Source: Gemmatimonadales bacterium (GTDB lineage Bacteria > Gemmatimonadota > Gemmatimonadetes > Gemmatimonadales > GWC2-71-9). From it: a DNA stretch of 64,000 nt. The stretch lies in the NCBI GenBank assembly GCA_036279355.1, contig DASUJH010000028.1, positions 45,577 to 109,576 on the forward strand, in the 5' to 3' direction. This document shows positions 56,034-64,000 of this stretch, one piece after another; position 1 is the stretch's first letter, and every line of letters starts with the position of its first letter. Position numbers and translations under genes: made by a program. The notes beneath the pieces are model-generated. The model saw only the letters and a program-made list of their open reading frames with translations, ran no database searches and was not told the origin of the DNA.

Positions 56034-58712
56034 GTGCCGTCGGTGCTGGAACTTCGTGAGCATGTGCGCAGCGAATTGGCGGACCGCTACGTCGTCGAAC
56101 GTGCGGTCGGCCGCGGCGGTATGGCCACCGTCTTCATCGCGCACGACCTCAAGCACGACCGCCTCGTCGCGCTCAAGCTCCTCCACCCGGAGCTCGCCGC
56201 CTCGCTCGGCCCCGAGCGCTTCCAGCGCGAGATCCGCTTTGCCGCGCGGCTCCAGCACCCGCACGTCCTGAGCGTGTACGACTCGGGGGAAACCGCGGGG
56301 CAGCTCTGGTTCACCATGCCCTACGTCGAGGGCGAGAGCCTGCGCGAGCGCCTCGAGCGCGAGCATCAGCTCCCGGTGGACGAGGCCTGCCAGATCGCCC
56401 GGCAGGCGGCGGCCGCGCTCCAGTACGCGCACGAGCACGGCGTGGTGCATCGCGACGTGAAGCCCGCCAACCTGATGCTCACCCGCGACGGCACCACCCT
56501 CGTCGCCGATTTCGGGATTGCGCGGGCACTCGACGGCGTCGACCACGACGACCTCACCGAGCCCGGCGTGAGCGTCGGCACGCCGGCCTACATGAGCCCC
56601 GAGCAGGCGAGCGGCGCCCGCGAGATCGGCCCCGCGAGCGACGTGTACTCGCTCGGCTGCGTGCTGTACGAGATGCTCGCGGGCGAGCCGCCGTATCCGG
56701 GCCTCACGCCGCAGACGATTTTCGCGAAGCGGATCAGCGATCCGGTGCCGAGCGTGCGCCGCCTCCGCCGCACCGTGCCCGAGGCGGTGGACCACGCGGT
56801 CTTGCGTGCGCTTGCCCGCGATCCCGCCGACCGCTTCGGCTCGGCGGCGGAATTCGCCCGCGCGCTCACCGCAGATCTGGCGGCCCCTGCCTCCGAACGC
56901 CGGTGGCCGGGTCTCGCCGCCGTGCTGCCGGCCGCGGCGGTCGCGCTGCTGCTGCTTCTGGGCGGCGTCGCGCTCTGGCGCCAGGATCATACGGCGCGCG
57001 CCGGCGAAGAGGCCGGGGCCATGGGTGCCGCCACCGCGCCCGTCCGGCTCGCCGTGCTGCCGTTCGACAACCGCGGCGACTCGGCCGACCGTTACTTCGC
57101 GGACGGCGTCACCGACGCCGTGCGGGGCAAGCTCGCCCGGCTGCACGGGCTGCAGGTGATCGCGAGCGCGAGCACGCGGCACTACAGCGGCTCGGCCAAA
57201 CCGCCGGAACAGATCGCGCGCGAGCTCGGGGTGGATTACCTGCTGGTTGGGACGATCCATCGGATTCCGGATCCGCGCGCCGCGGCCGCGAGCTCCCGCG
57301 CCGAGGAGGCCGCCCGCGTGCAGGTGAGCCCCGAGCTCGTGCGCATCGCGCCGAGCGGCGCGGCGGTGACTGCGTGGCAGCAGCCTTACGAGGCCGCGCT
57401 CCCCGACATCTTCCGGGTGCAGGCCGATATCGCGGGACACGTCGCCCAGACGCTCGGCGTGGCAATGGGCGAGACCGAGCGGCGCATGCTGGCCCGCGCG
57501 CCCACCGCAAGCGTTCCCGCCTACGACGCCTTTCTCCACGGCGAGGCGATTTCCGGCAGGCTGGGCGAGAGCGATCCCGCCACGCTCCAGCGTGCCCTTG
57601 GCTACTACGAGCAGGCCGTCGTGCTCGACTCCGCCCTCGCACCCGCGTGGGCCCAGCTCTCGCGAGTTCACAGTTTTCGCTTCAACAACGGGGTACGGGA
57701 CTCGGTCGAAATCGCGCGCGCGCGCGCGGCCGCCGAGCGCGCCGTCGCTCTTGCGCCGAACGCCCCCGAGGGCCGGCTCGCCCTGGGTGACTACGAGCGC
57801 TACGTCCGCGGCGATCTGGCCCGTGCCGCGGAGGACTACCGGCTCGGCCGCACGGCGGCTCCCAACAGCGCCGAGTTGCTGGGCGCGGTCGCGGGCACCG
57901 AGCAGAGCCTGGGGCGCTGGGACGAAGCGCTGGCGCACTATCGCGAGGCGCTCGCGCTCGATCCGAGATCGGTGCGCGCCGCGCGCCGGCTTGCGCGCAC
58001 CCTCATCTGGCTACGCCGCTACCCGGAAGCTGAGGCCGCGCTCGAGCGATGGCGCGCGCTCTCGCCCACGTCGATCCAGTTGCTCCAGCAGCAAGTCATG
58101 CTCGCGCTCGCCCGGGGCGATTTGCGCGGCGCGCGCGCCATCCTCGACGGTGCGCCCCCCGACATGGACCCGGGCACGCTCTACGCCTATCTCGCCACGT
58201 ACGGCGATCTCTACTGGGTGCTGAACGCGGATCAGCAGCGCGTGCTCCTCAAGCTTCCGGTCGAGTACTTCGGAGGCAATCAGGGCAACCGCGCGCTCGC
58301 CCTGGCCGAGGCCCACGCGCTTCGCGGCGAGCATGCGGCCGCAAGAGTGTACGCCGACTCCGCGCGCGACGCCTTCGAGCGGCAGCTCACGGTGACGCCG
58401 GACGATCCGGAGTCCGTCGCGCTGCTCGGGCTCGCGCTCGCCTATGGCGGTCACGCCGCCGAGGCCATCGCTCAAGGCCGGCGCGCCGTCGCCCTCCGCC
58501 CATTGGCCGAGGATGCCGACGATGGCGCGTACTATCAGCACCAGCTGGCCCGCATTTACCTGCTCGCTGGCCGCCCCGACGATGCGCTCGATCAGCTTGA
58601 GCCGCTGCTGCGCGTTCCCTGCTATCTGTCGCCGGGCTGGCTGCGCGTCGACCCCACCTTTGCCCCGCTCCACCGCCGGCCGGAGTTCCGCCGGCTCGTG
58701 GATGCGCGCTGA
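56034..58712 (+). CDS. Ser/Thr protein kinase with a TM helix, a periplasmic module and TPR repeats (paralog of 33347..36073)
   Basis: GRGGMATVFIA, HRDVKPANLML, DFGIARA and GTPAYMSPEQ are present. LAVLPFDNRGDSADRYFADGVTDAVRGKLARLHGLQVIA follows, then TPR repeats. Confidence 0.9.
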   Translation: MPSVLELREHVRSELADRYVVERAVGRGGMATVFIAHDLKHDRLVALKLLHPELAASLGPERFQREIRFAARLQHPHVLSVYDSGETAGQLWFTMPYVEGESLRERLEREHQLPVDEACQIARQAAAALQYAHEHGVVHRDVKPANLMLTRDGTTLVADFGIARALDGVDHDDLTEPGVSVGTPAYMSPEQASGAREIGPASDVYSLGCVLYEMLAGEPPYPGLTPQTIFAKRISDPVPSVRRLRRTVPEAVDHAVLRALARDPADRFGSAAEFARALTADLAAPASERRWPGLAAVLPAAAVALLLLLGGVALWRQDHTARAGEEAGAMGAATAPVRLAVLPFDNRGDSADRYFADGVTDAVRGKLARLHGLQVIASASTRHYSGSAKPPEQIARELGVDYLLVGTIHRIPDPRAAAASSRAEEAARVQVSPELVRIAPSGAAVTAWQQPYEAALPDIFRVQADIAGHVAQTLGVAMGETERRMLARAPTASVPAYDAFLHGEAISGRLGESDPATLQRALGYYEQAVVLDSALAPAWAQLSRVHSFRFNNGVRDSVEIARARAAAERAVALAPNAPEGRLALGDYERYVRGDLARAAEDYRLGRTAAPNSAELLGAVAGTEQSLGRWDEALAHYREALALDPRSVRAARRLARTLIWLRRYPEAEAALERWRALSPTSIQLLQQQVMLALARGDLRGARAILDGAPPDMDPGTLYAYLATYGDLYWVLNADQQRVLLKLPVEYFGGNQGNRALALAEAHALRGEHAAARVYADSARDAFERQLTVTPDDPESVALLGLALAYGGHAAEAIAQGRRAVALRPLAEDADDGAYYQHQLARIYLLAGRPDDALDQLEPLLRVPCYLSPGWLRVDPTFAPLHRRPEFRRLVDAR

Positions 58713-58725
58713 GGCGCCTCGCCTG

Positions 58726-59511
58726 ATGCAGGCGCTCGCGTCGGCCGCCGCGCTCGTGCTCGCGTTCGCCCTGACCTGCGCCGTCCGCCCGGCCTCCGCG
58801 CAGACCGCGGACGACGTCGTGGAGCGGGCCGTCGCCGCGCGCGGCGGCGCCGATCGCATCAAGGCGATGCACTCCCAGCGGCTCTCGGGCAAGATCGCGT
58901 ACGATGGCGACGCGCCAGGGCCGTTCATGGTCGAGATGGAGCGGCCGGGGCGCATGCGCGAGCAGGTGACGAGGCAGGGAACGACGGTCGTGCGCACGAC
59001 GGACGGCAAGTCGGGGTGGGTGCTCGACCCCTCGAGCCGCTCGAGCGAGGCACACCCGATCGACGGCGACGAGCTCAAGTCGATGGCCGGGAGCGCCGAC
59101 TTCGAGGGTCCTCTGGTGGACTACAAGGCCAAGGGCAACAGCGTCGCTCTCGAGGGCAAGGAGCACGTGGACGGCCACGACGCGTTCAAGCTCAAGATCA
59201 CGCTACCCGACAGCAGCGTCCGCTACGATTACATCGACAGCCGCACGTTCCTCGAGGTGCGGCGCGACGAAACCGTCCGGCGCAACGGTCAGGACGTCGT
59301 GGTGGAGTCGCACTTCCGGGAGTACCGAAGCGTCAACGGGGTGATGGTGCCGTTCGATATCGAGTCCGGCGCCCAGGGGTCGCGCCACAAGCGGCGGATC
59401 CTCCTCGACGATGTCGACATCAACGCCCACATCGCTGACGCGGACTTCGGCAAGCCCCCGCGCGCGCGACCTTCCCCGCCGCCGACTCCAGCGGACACCG
59501 CAACCCGCTAG
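58726..59511 (+). CDS. LolA-like outer-membrane lipoprotein-sorting family protein
   Basis: A signal peptide is present. ADDVVERAVAARGGADRIKAMHSQRLSGKI is the typical N-terminus of this family. An alternative ATG lies at 58702. Confidence 0.6.
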   Translation: MQALASAAALVLAFALTCAVRPASAQTADDVVERAVAARGGADRIKAMHSQRLSGKIAYDGDAPGPFMVEMERPGRMREQVTRQGTTVVRTTDGKSGWVLDPSSRSSEAHPIDGDELKSMAGSADFEGPLVDYKAKGNSVALEGKEHVDGHDAFKLKITLPDSSVRYDYIDSRTFLEVRRDETVRRNGQDVVVESHFREYRSVNGVMVPFDIESGAQGSRHKRRILLDDVDINAHIADADFGKPPRARPSPPPTPADTATR

Positions 59512-59543
59512 CCGCTCGTTGCGACTGGTGGCCTGAGCGGCGG

Positions 59544-60821
59544 CTACTCCAGGCGGAACCGGCTCGCCGCGGCCGAGAACTGCTCTCCCGCCGTCGCGAG
59601 GCGCGACGCGGAGCTCGAGATCTCCTCGGTGGAGGCGTTGAGCTCCTCGGCTGCCGCCGCAATCTCCTCGGCCGCCGCGGCGTAGTCTTCGGTTCCCGCG
59701 GACACCTCGCGCATCCGGCCCGCGATGCCCTCGACCAAACCTCGCACCTCCTCCGCCGACGCCGAGATGCGCCGGGTCCAGTGGTCGTTCTGCTCGGCAT
59801 CCTCCACCACGCCCTGCAGGCCCTCGGCGGCCGCGTGCGCGGCCTCCCGTGCGGCGATCCCGCTCTGGCCGAGCCGGAGCAACCGCTCGCGCGCCGTGCG
59901 CACCCGCTCGAGCACGCTCTGGACCGTGGTGCTCGTCGCCGTCGCCGACTGGGCCGCCTGGTCGGCCAGCTTCCTGACCTCCTCGGCCACGACGCTGAAC
60001 CCGCGCCCCTCCTCGCCGGCACGCGCCGCCTCGATGGAGGCGTTGAGTGCGAGCATGTGCGTCCGCTTGGCGATCGACTTGGTCTGGGCCACGAACTTTT
60101 CGATCTCGCTCGAGGCCGCGGCCAGGGCCTCCGCCTCCGTCGCGCCCCGCTCGCTCTCCTCGGCGAGCTGGGCCAGTTGGGTGGTGCTCGCATCGAGCCG
60201 CTCGCGATGCCCTTTGGCAGACCGGACCAGCGCGGCATTCCGCTCGGCCGCCTGGGTGGCGCCGGCGGCCAGCTCCTGCGCAATGCCGAGGATCTTGAGC
60301 GTGTCCTCGGCCGCGGCGCGCACGATGACGGCCTGCTGGTTGGCCCGCTCGGTCAGGTCGCCGGTGGTGCCCGCGACCTGCTCGGTCGAGGCGGTCATCT
60401 GCTCGGTCGAAGCGGCGATCTCCTCCGAGAGCGCCGCCGCCTCGTGCGCGTGCGCATGCATGGCGCCCACCAGCTCGCGGAGCTGCCGCACCATGGTGGC
60501 AATCGATTTGGAGAGGGCGTCATCGGCGCCGCCGCTCAGGGCCACCGTGAGATCGCCCTGCGCCACCTTACTTGCCACCCTGGCGGCGATCCCGGTCTGC
60601 CGTAGCACGCGCGAGAGGAGCAGCCGCACCAGCACCTGCTCGAGCAGCACGCCCACGAGGAACACCGCGCCGGCGCCGCCGGCCACCGCAGCCGGAGCGG
60701 CGCCGCCCGGCTCGCGGCAGGCGAGCCAGAGCGCGACGCCGGCGGTCGCGGCCAGCAGGGCCGACGCGCCCAAGCCGATCAGGTGAAGCTGCCGTACGAA
60801 GCCCCGGGGCGAGGATGCCAT
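59544..60821 (-). CDS. methyl-accepting chemotaxis protein without a periplasmic sensor domain
   Basis: Two closely spaced TM helices are followed by a HAMP domain and the signalling hairpin [36 protein letters not shown]. Confidence 0.9.
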   Translation of the reverse strand: MASSPRGFVRQLHLIGLGASALLAATAGVALWLACREPGGAAPAAVAGGAGAVFLVGVLLEQVLVRLLLSRVLRQTGIAARVASKVAQGDLTVALSGGADDALSKSIATMVRQLRELVGAMHAHAHEAAALSEEIAASTEQMTASTEQVAGTTGDLTERANQQAVIVRAAAEDTLKILGIAQELAAGATQAAERNAALVRSAKGHRERLDASTTQLAQLAEESERGATEAEALAAASSEIEKFVAQTKSIAKRTHMLALNASIEAARAGEEGRGFSVVAEEVRKLADQAAQSATATSTTVQSVLERVRTARERLLRLGQSGIAAREAAHAAAEGLQGVVEDAEQNDHWTRRISASAEEVRGLVEGIAGRMREVSAGTEDYAAAAEEIAAAAEELNASTEEISSSASRLATAGEQFSAAASRFRLE

Positions 60822-60913
60822 GTGTCCGGTGGTATGTGGTGGGGGAGCCGCCGGAAGTTAGAGAAGCGGTGCTCGCGCGGGCAAGGCGGCCCCCGTTGTA
60901 GATTTCGCGTCCT

Positions 60914-63433
60914 ATGTCCCGCACCGAACCGACCACGCCCGGCGTCCGCGCCGACGGCGCCTACCACCCCGACGCCGTCGAAGCCAAATGGCAGGCCCGC
61001 TGGGCCGAGCGCCACACCAACGAGCCCGATCTCGAGCGCGCCCGCCGGCCGTTCTACAACCTGATGATGTTTCCCTATCCCTCGGCCGAGGGCTTGCACG
61101 TGGGGAACATGTTTGCGTTTACGGGGAGCGACGTTTACGGCCGCTTCCAGCGCCTCCGTGGCTACGACGTCTTCGAGCCGATGGGTTTCGATGCGTTCGG
61201 CATCCACAGCGAGAACTATGCGATCAAGGTCGGCGTCAATCCGGCCGAGCTCATCCCGCGCAATATCGAGAACTTCCGCCGCCAGCTGAAGCGCATCGGC
61301 GGCATGTTCGACTGGCGCCACCAGCTCTCGACCACCGATCCCGATTACTACCGGTGGACCCAGTGGATCTTCCTGCAGCTCTACCGGGCGGGAAAGGCGT
61401 ACAAGCGGCGCGCGGCCGTGAACTGGTGCCCGAACGACAAGACCGTGCTCGCCAACGAGCAGGTGATCAACGGCCACTGCGAGCGCTGCGGCGCCGCGGT
61501 CGAACAGCGCATGCTCGACCAGTGGTTCTTCCGCATTACCGAGTACGCAGATCGATTGCTTGCCGATCTCGACGACCGCTCCAGGATGGACTGGTCCGAG
61601 AGCACCGTCACGGCGCAGCGCAACTGGCTCGGCCGCTCGGAGGGCGCGGAAATCGACTTTCCGGTCGATGGCGGCCAGGCCGACGGCTCGGAGGATACGC
61701 CGGCCATCCGGGTCTACACCACGCGCCCCGACACCATATTCGGCGCCACGTTCATGGTGCTGGCGCCGGAGCACCCGCTGGTCGACGCGCTCACGGCGCC
61801 GGGCCAGCGGGACGCGGTGGACGCATACCGCGCGCAGGCGGCCAAGCAGGACCTGGTCTCACGCAAGGTTGGCGAGCGCGACAAGACCGGCGTCTTTACC
61901 GGCGGCTATGCGACCAACCCGGCCACCGGCGCCCGCATTCCCGTCTGGATCGCCGATTACGTGCTGATGGAGTACGGCACCGGTGCCATCATGGCCGTGC
62001 CGGCGCACGACGAGCGCGACTTCGAGTTCGCCCGGAAGTTCGGGCTCGACGTGGTGCCGGTGATCGCCGAGCCCGGCGGATCTGCTGACGCCCCGGCGGG
62101 CGGGTCAGCCGGCACGCTGGACGCGGCCTACACCGACACGGAGATGGGTCGTCTCGTCAACTCCGCCCGATTCACCGGGCTGTCGGTGCCCGATGGCAAG
62201 CGCGCCATCACCGGGTGGCTCGAGTCGATCGGCGCCGGCCGTGGCGTCGCACAGTATCGTTTGCACGACTGGTGCATCTCACGCCAGCGCTACTGGGGGC
62301 CGCCGATCCCGATCATCTACTGCGACGCATGCGGCCCGGTGGCGGTGCCGGAGAAGGATCTGCCCGTCCTGCTTCCGATCATCGAGGACTTTCGCCCCGA
62401 CGACAGCGGCGTCTCGCCGCTCGCGCGGCACGAGGAGTGGTACTACGCCGCGTGCCCCGAATGCGGCCGTCGCGGCCGCCGCGAGACCGATGTCTCCGAC
62501 ACCTTCCTCGACTCCTCGTGGTACTACCTGCGCTACCCGAGCACCGGCGACGACACGCAACCGTTCGACCCGGCGCTCACCCGCAAGTGGCTCCCGGTCA
62601 CCGCTTACATCGGCGGCAACGAGCACGCGGTGCTGCATCTGCTCTATTCGCGGTTCATCTCGATGGTGCTGCACGAGCTGGGCTACATCGACTTCGACGA
62701 GCCGTTCCGGAAGTTCCGCGCGCACGGCCTCATCGTGAAGGACGGGGCCAAGATGTCGAAGAGCCGCGGCAACGTCGTGGTACCCGATGAGTACATCGCC
62801 AAATGGGGCGCCGACACGTTCCGGCTCTATCTCATGGGCCTGGGCCCGTTCCAGGAGGGCGGGGACTTCCGCGACGCCGGCATCAGCGGCCCGCGCCGCA
62901 TGCTCGACAAGATCTGGCAGCTCGTAGCGGATTCGATCCGCGAGGACGCCTGCGGCGGCGAGATCCACCCGGAGATCCTTATCAAGTGGCACCGGACCAA
63001 GAAGAAGGTCACCGAGGACCTGGAGGAGCTCAAGTACAACACCGCCATCGCGGCGATCACCGAATTGCTGAACCTGATGCGCGAGGAGAACTGCCGCGAG
63101 CGCGAGGTGGTGGAGGAGATGGTGATCATGCTCGCGCCGCTGGCGCCGCACTTCGCCGAGGAGTGCTGGGAGCGGCTGGGGCACGACATGTCGGTTTTCG
63201 ATGCGAAGTGGCCTCCGTGGGAAGAGCGGCTCACCATCGAGGACACGATCGAGCTGCCCGTCCAGATCAACGGGAAAACCCGCGCCAAGGTGCGCGTGCG
63301 GCGCGGCGCGGCGCAGGACGACGCGGTCTCCGCCGCGCTGGCTGATGCCGCGGTCAAGCGGTTCGTGGAAGGGAAGGAGGTCCGGAAGACGATTCTGGTG
63401 CCGGATCGGTTGCTGAGCCTGGTGGTGGGGTAG
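60914..63433 (+). CDS. leuS: leucine--tRNA ligase
   Basis: [12 protein letters not shown] (HIGH-like), the CP1 editing domain, the zinc motifs CERCG/CPECG and KMSKSRGN are present. Confidence 0.97.
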   Translation: MSRTEPTTPGVRADGAYHPDAVEAKWQARWAERHTNEPDLERARRPFYNLMMFPYPSAEGLHVGNMFAFTGSDVYGRFQRLRGYDVFEPMGFDAFGIHSENYAIKVGVNPAELIPRNIENFRRQLKRIGGMFDWRHQLSTTDPDYYRWTQWIFLQLYRAGKAYKRRAAVNWCPNDKTVLANEQVINGHCERCGAAVEQRMLDQWFFRITEYADRLLADLDDRSRMDWSESTVTAQRNWLGRSEGAEIDFPVDGGQADGSEDTPAIRVYTTRPDTIFGATFMVLAPEHPLVDALTAPGQRDAVDAYRAQAAKQDLVSRKVGERDKTGVFTGGYATNPATGARIPVWIADYVLMEYGTGAIMAVPAHDERDFEFARKFGLDVVPVIAEPGGSADAPAGGSAGTLDAAYTDTEMGRLVNSARFTGLSVPDGKRAITGWLESIGAGRGVAQYRLHDWCISRQRYWGPPIPIIYCDACGPVAVPEKDLPVLLPIIEDFRPDDSGVSPLARHEEWYYAACPECGRRGRRETDVSDTFLDSSWYYLRYPSTGDDTQPFDPALTRKWLPVTAYIGGNEHAVLHLLYSRFISMVLHELGYIDFDEPFRKFRAHGLIVKDGAKMSKSRGNVVVPDEYIAKWGADTFRLYLMGLGPFQEGGDFRDAGISGPRRMLDKIWQLVADSIREDACGGEIHPEILIKWHRTKKKVTEDLEELKYNTAIAAITELLNLMREENCREREVVEEMVIMLAPLAPHFAEECWERLGHDMSVFDAKWPPWEERLTIEDTIELPVQINGKTRAKVRVRRGAAQDDAVSAALADAAVKRFVEGKEVRKTILVPDRLLSLVVG

Positions 63434-63717
63434 CGCGGGCTCCGCCACGCCCGGGCCGCCCGCTTCGGTCTCGCCAGGGTAGGAAGTGGTGCATGATCCG
63501 GAACCCGCCGGTAACGTTACCGCAACTCTGATTGCAGTCGAGGACGTTCAGCTCCGGGACGGATACGCTGGTGGCGATGGCCTGCGGCGCTGCATGCAGG
63601 CCTGAATCGTCTGTGTGAGGGCCTGGTAATTCCGGGAGCCGCCGGGTTCGCTGAAGCGCGCGCCCTTCTGATAATCCTCGGGCCACCTCAGGCGCTCGCA
63701 GCGGGCCGATCCGGCGT

Positions 63718-63999
63718 TCACTGCGATCGCCTGACCGCCGCCTCCGCCCGCGCGACCGCCTGCCTCGCAGCGGACACGCGGCCGGTATCCGTGGGGTTCA
63801 CGAGTTTCCGCACCTCGAGGTCCGACCAGATCGCCGAGCTCTGCCGGTAGAGGTCGAGCGCGGTGCGCGCGCGCCGCCCCCGCTCCCTGCGGCCACCGCG
63901 CAGGGCCAGCGAGTCATACACTCCCGCCAGGTCGGAGTACGCGCCCGCCAGGTACCCGCGATAGCCCGCGTTTGAAGGATCGAGCGCCGTCTCGCGCAT
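63718..63999 (-). CDS. C-terminal end of a TPR-type protein, 5' end outside the window
   Basis: The frame is open to the window edge. ALDLYRQSSAIWSDLEVRKLVNPTDTGRVSAARQAVARAEAAV resembles the C-termini of kinase/TPR sensors. Confidence 0.4.
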   Translation of the reverse strand: MRETALDPSNAGYRGYLAGAYSDLAGVYDSLALRGGRRERGRRARTALDLYRQSSAIWSDLEVRKLVNPTDTGRVSAARQAVARAEAAVRRSQ

Positions 64000-64000
64000 G

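Noticed and set aside
54509-57938. Long antisense ORFs 54509..55972 (-) and 55995..57938 (-), opposite the MATE pump and the Ser/Thr kinase.
   Set aside because: Same GC artefact. The sequences are highly Arg/Gly/Glu-biased with no motifs, and the sense-strand genes are well supported.
63354-63686. 110-aa minus-strand ORF overlapping the leuS 3' end.
   Set aside because: It overlaps the strongly supported leuS C-terminus, has no motifs, and has no plausible ribosome-binding site.

Overview
This is a very GC-rich (about 70%), gene-dense bacterial chromosomal segment with roughly 60 genes on both strands. I found no rRNA, tRNA, CRISPR array, transposase or integrase. The gene content includes repeated Ser/Thr kinases fused to a periplasmic module and TPR repeats, DinB-family genes and many orphan receiver domains. 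That mix is consistent with a Gemmatimonadota or Acidobacteriota-like soil bacterium, but this is inference only.

Recognisable content, in order:
- **Start of window:** the 3' end of an IorB-like molybdopterin oxidoreductase, a GT39-like membrane glycosyltransferase, and a sigma-70 family factor with a clean intrinsic terminator.
- **Coupled operon:** YbjQ, HdeD, an SDR, a lipoprotein and an FRG-domain protein.
- **PadR module:** a PadR regulator with a small membrane protein.
- **Kinase region:** a zinc-ribbon Ser/Thr kinase, a YfiT/DinB protein and an orphan eutC.
- **Stress-type island:** three output-less receiver domains, dienelactone hydrolase, a phosphoribosyltransferase, a Trp/Tyr-rich small protein, and a BON protein with a long Gly/Tyr/Gln low-complexity region.
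- **Formate dehydrogenase:** a three-subunit enzyme whose catalytic subunit needs read-through of an in-frame TGA (selenocysteine), followed by an fdhF-like SECIS hairpin.
- **Envelope glycosylation operon:** GT2, a flippase-like protein, an FAD oxidoreductase and a GT-C-like protein.
- **Copper cluster:** an LVIVD beta-propeller, a secreted protein and a Met-rich multicopper oxidase.
- **Middle of window:** two paralogous kinase/TPR sensors, bioF-bioA, and a tail-anchored AAA+ ATPase.
- **Glucose module:** glk-gnd-zwf-HAD-rpiA-pgl, divergent from a GH15 glucoamylase.
- **End of window:** ctaA, a MATE pump, an MCP and leuS.

The most check-worthy items are the selenocysteine recoding site, the lipid-linked glycosylation operon with an embedded flavoenzyme, the receiver-rich stress island with its prion-like BON protein, the lipoprotein/FRG pair, the tail-anchored AAA+ ATPase, the orphan eutC, and a bioF with no canonical start codon.

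All functional calls come from reading motifs in the supplied translations. No database search was run.
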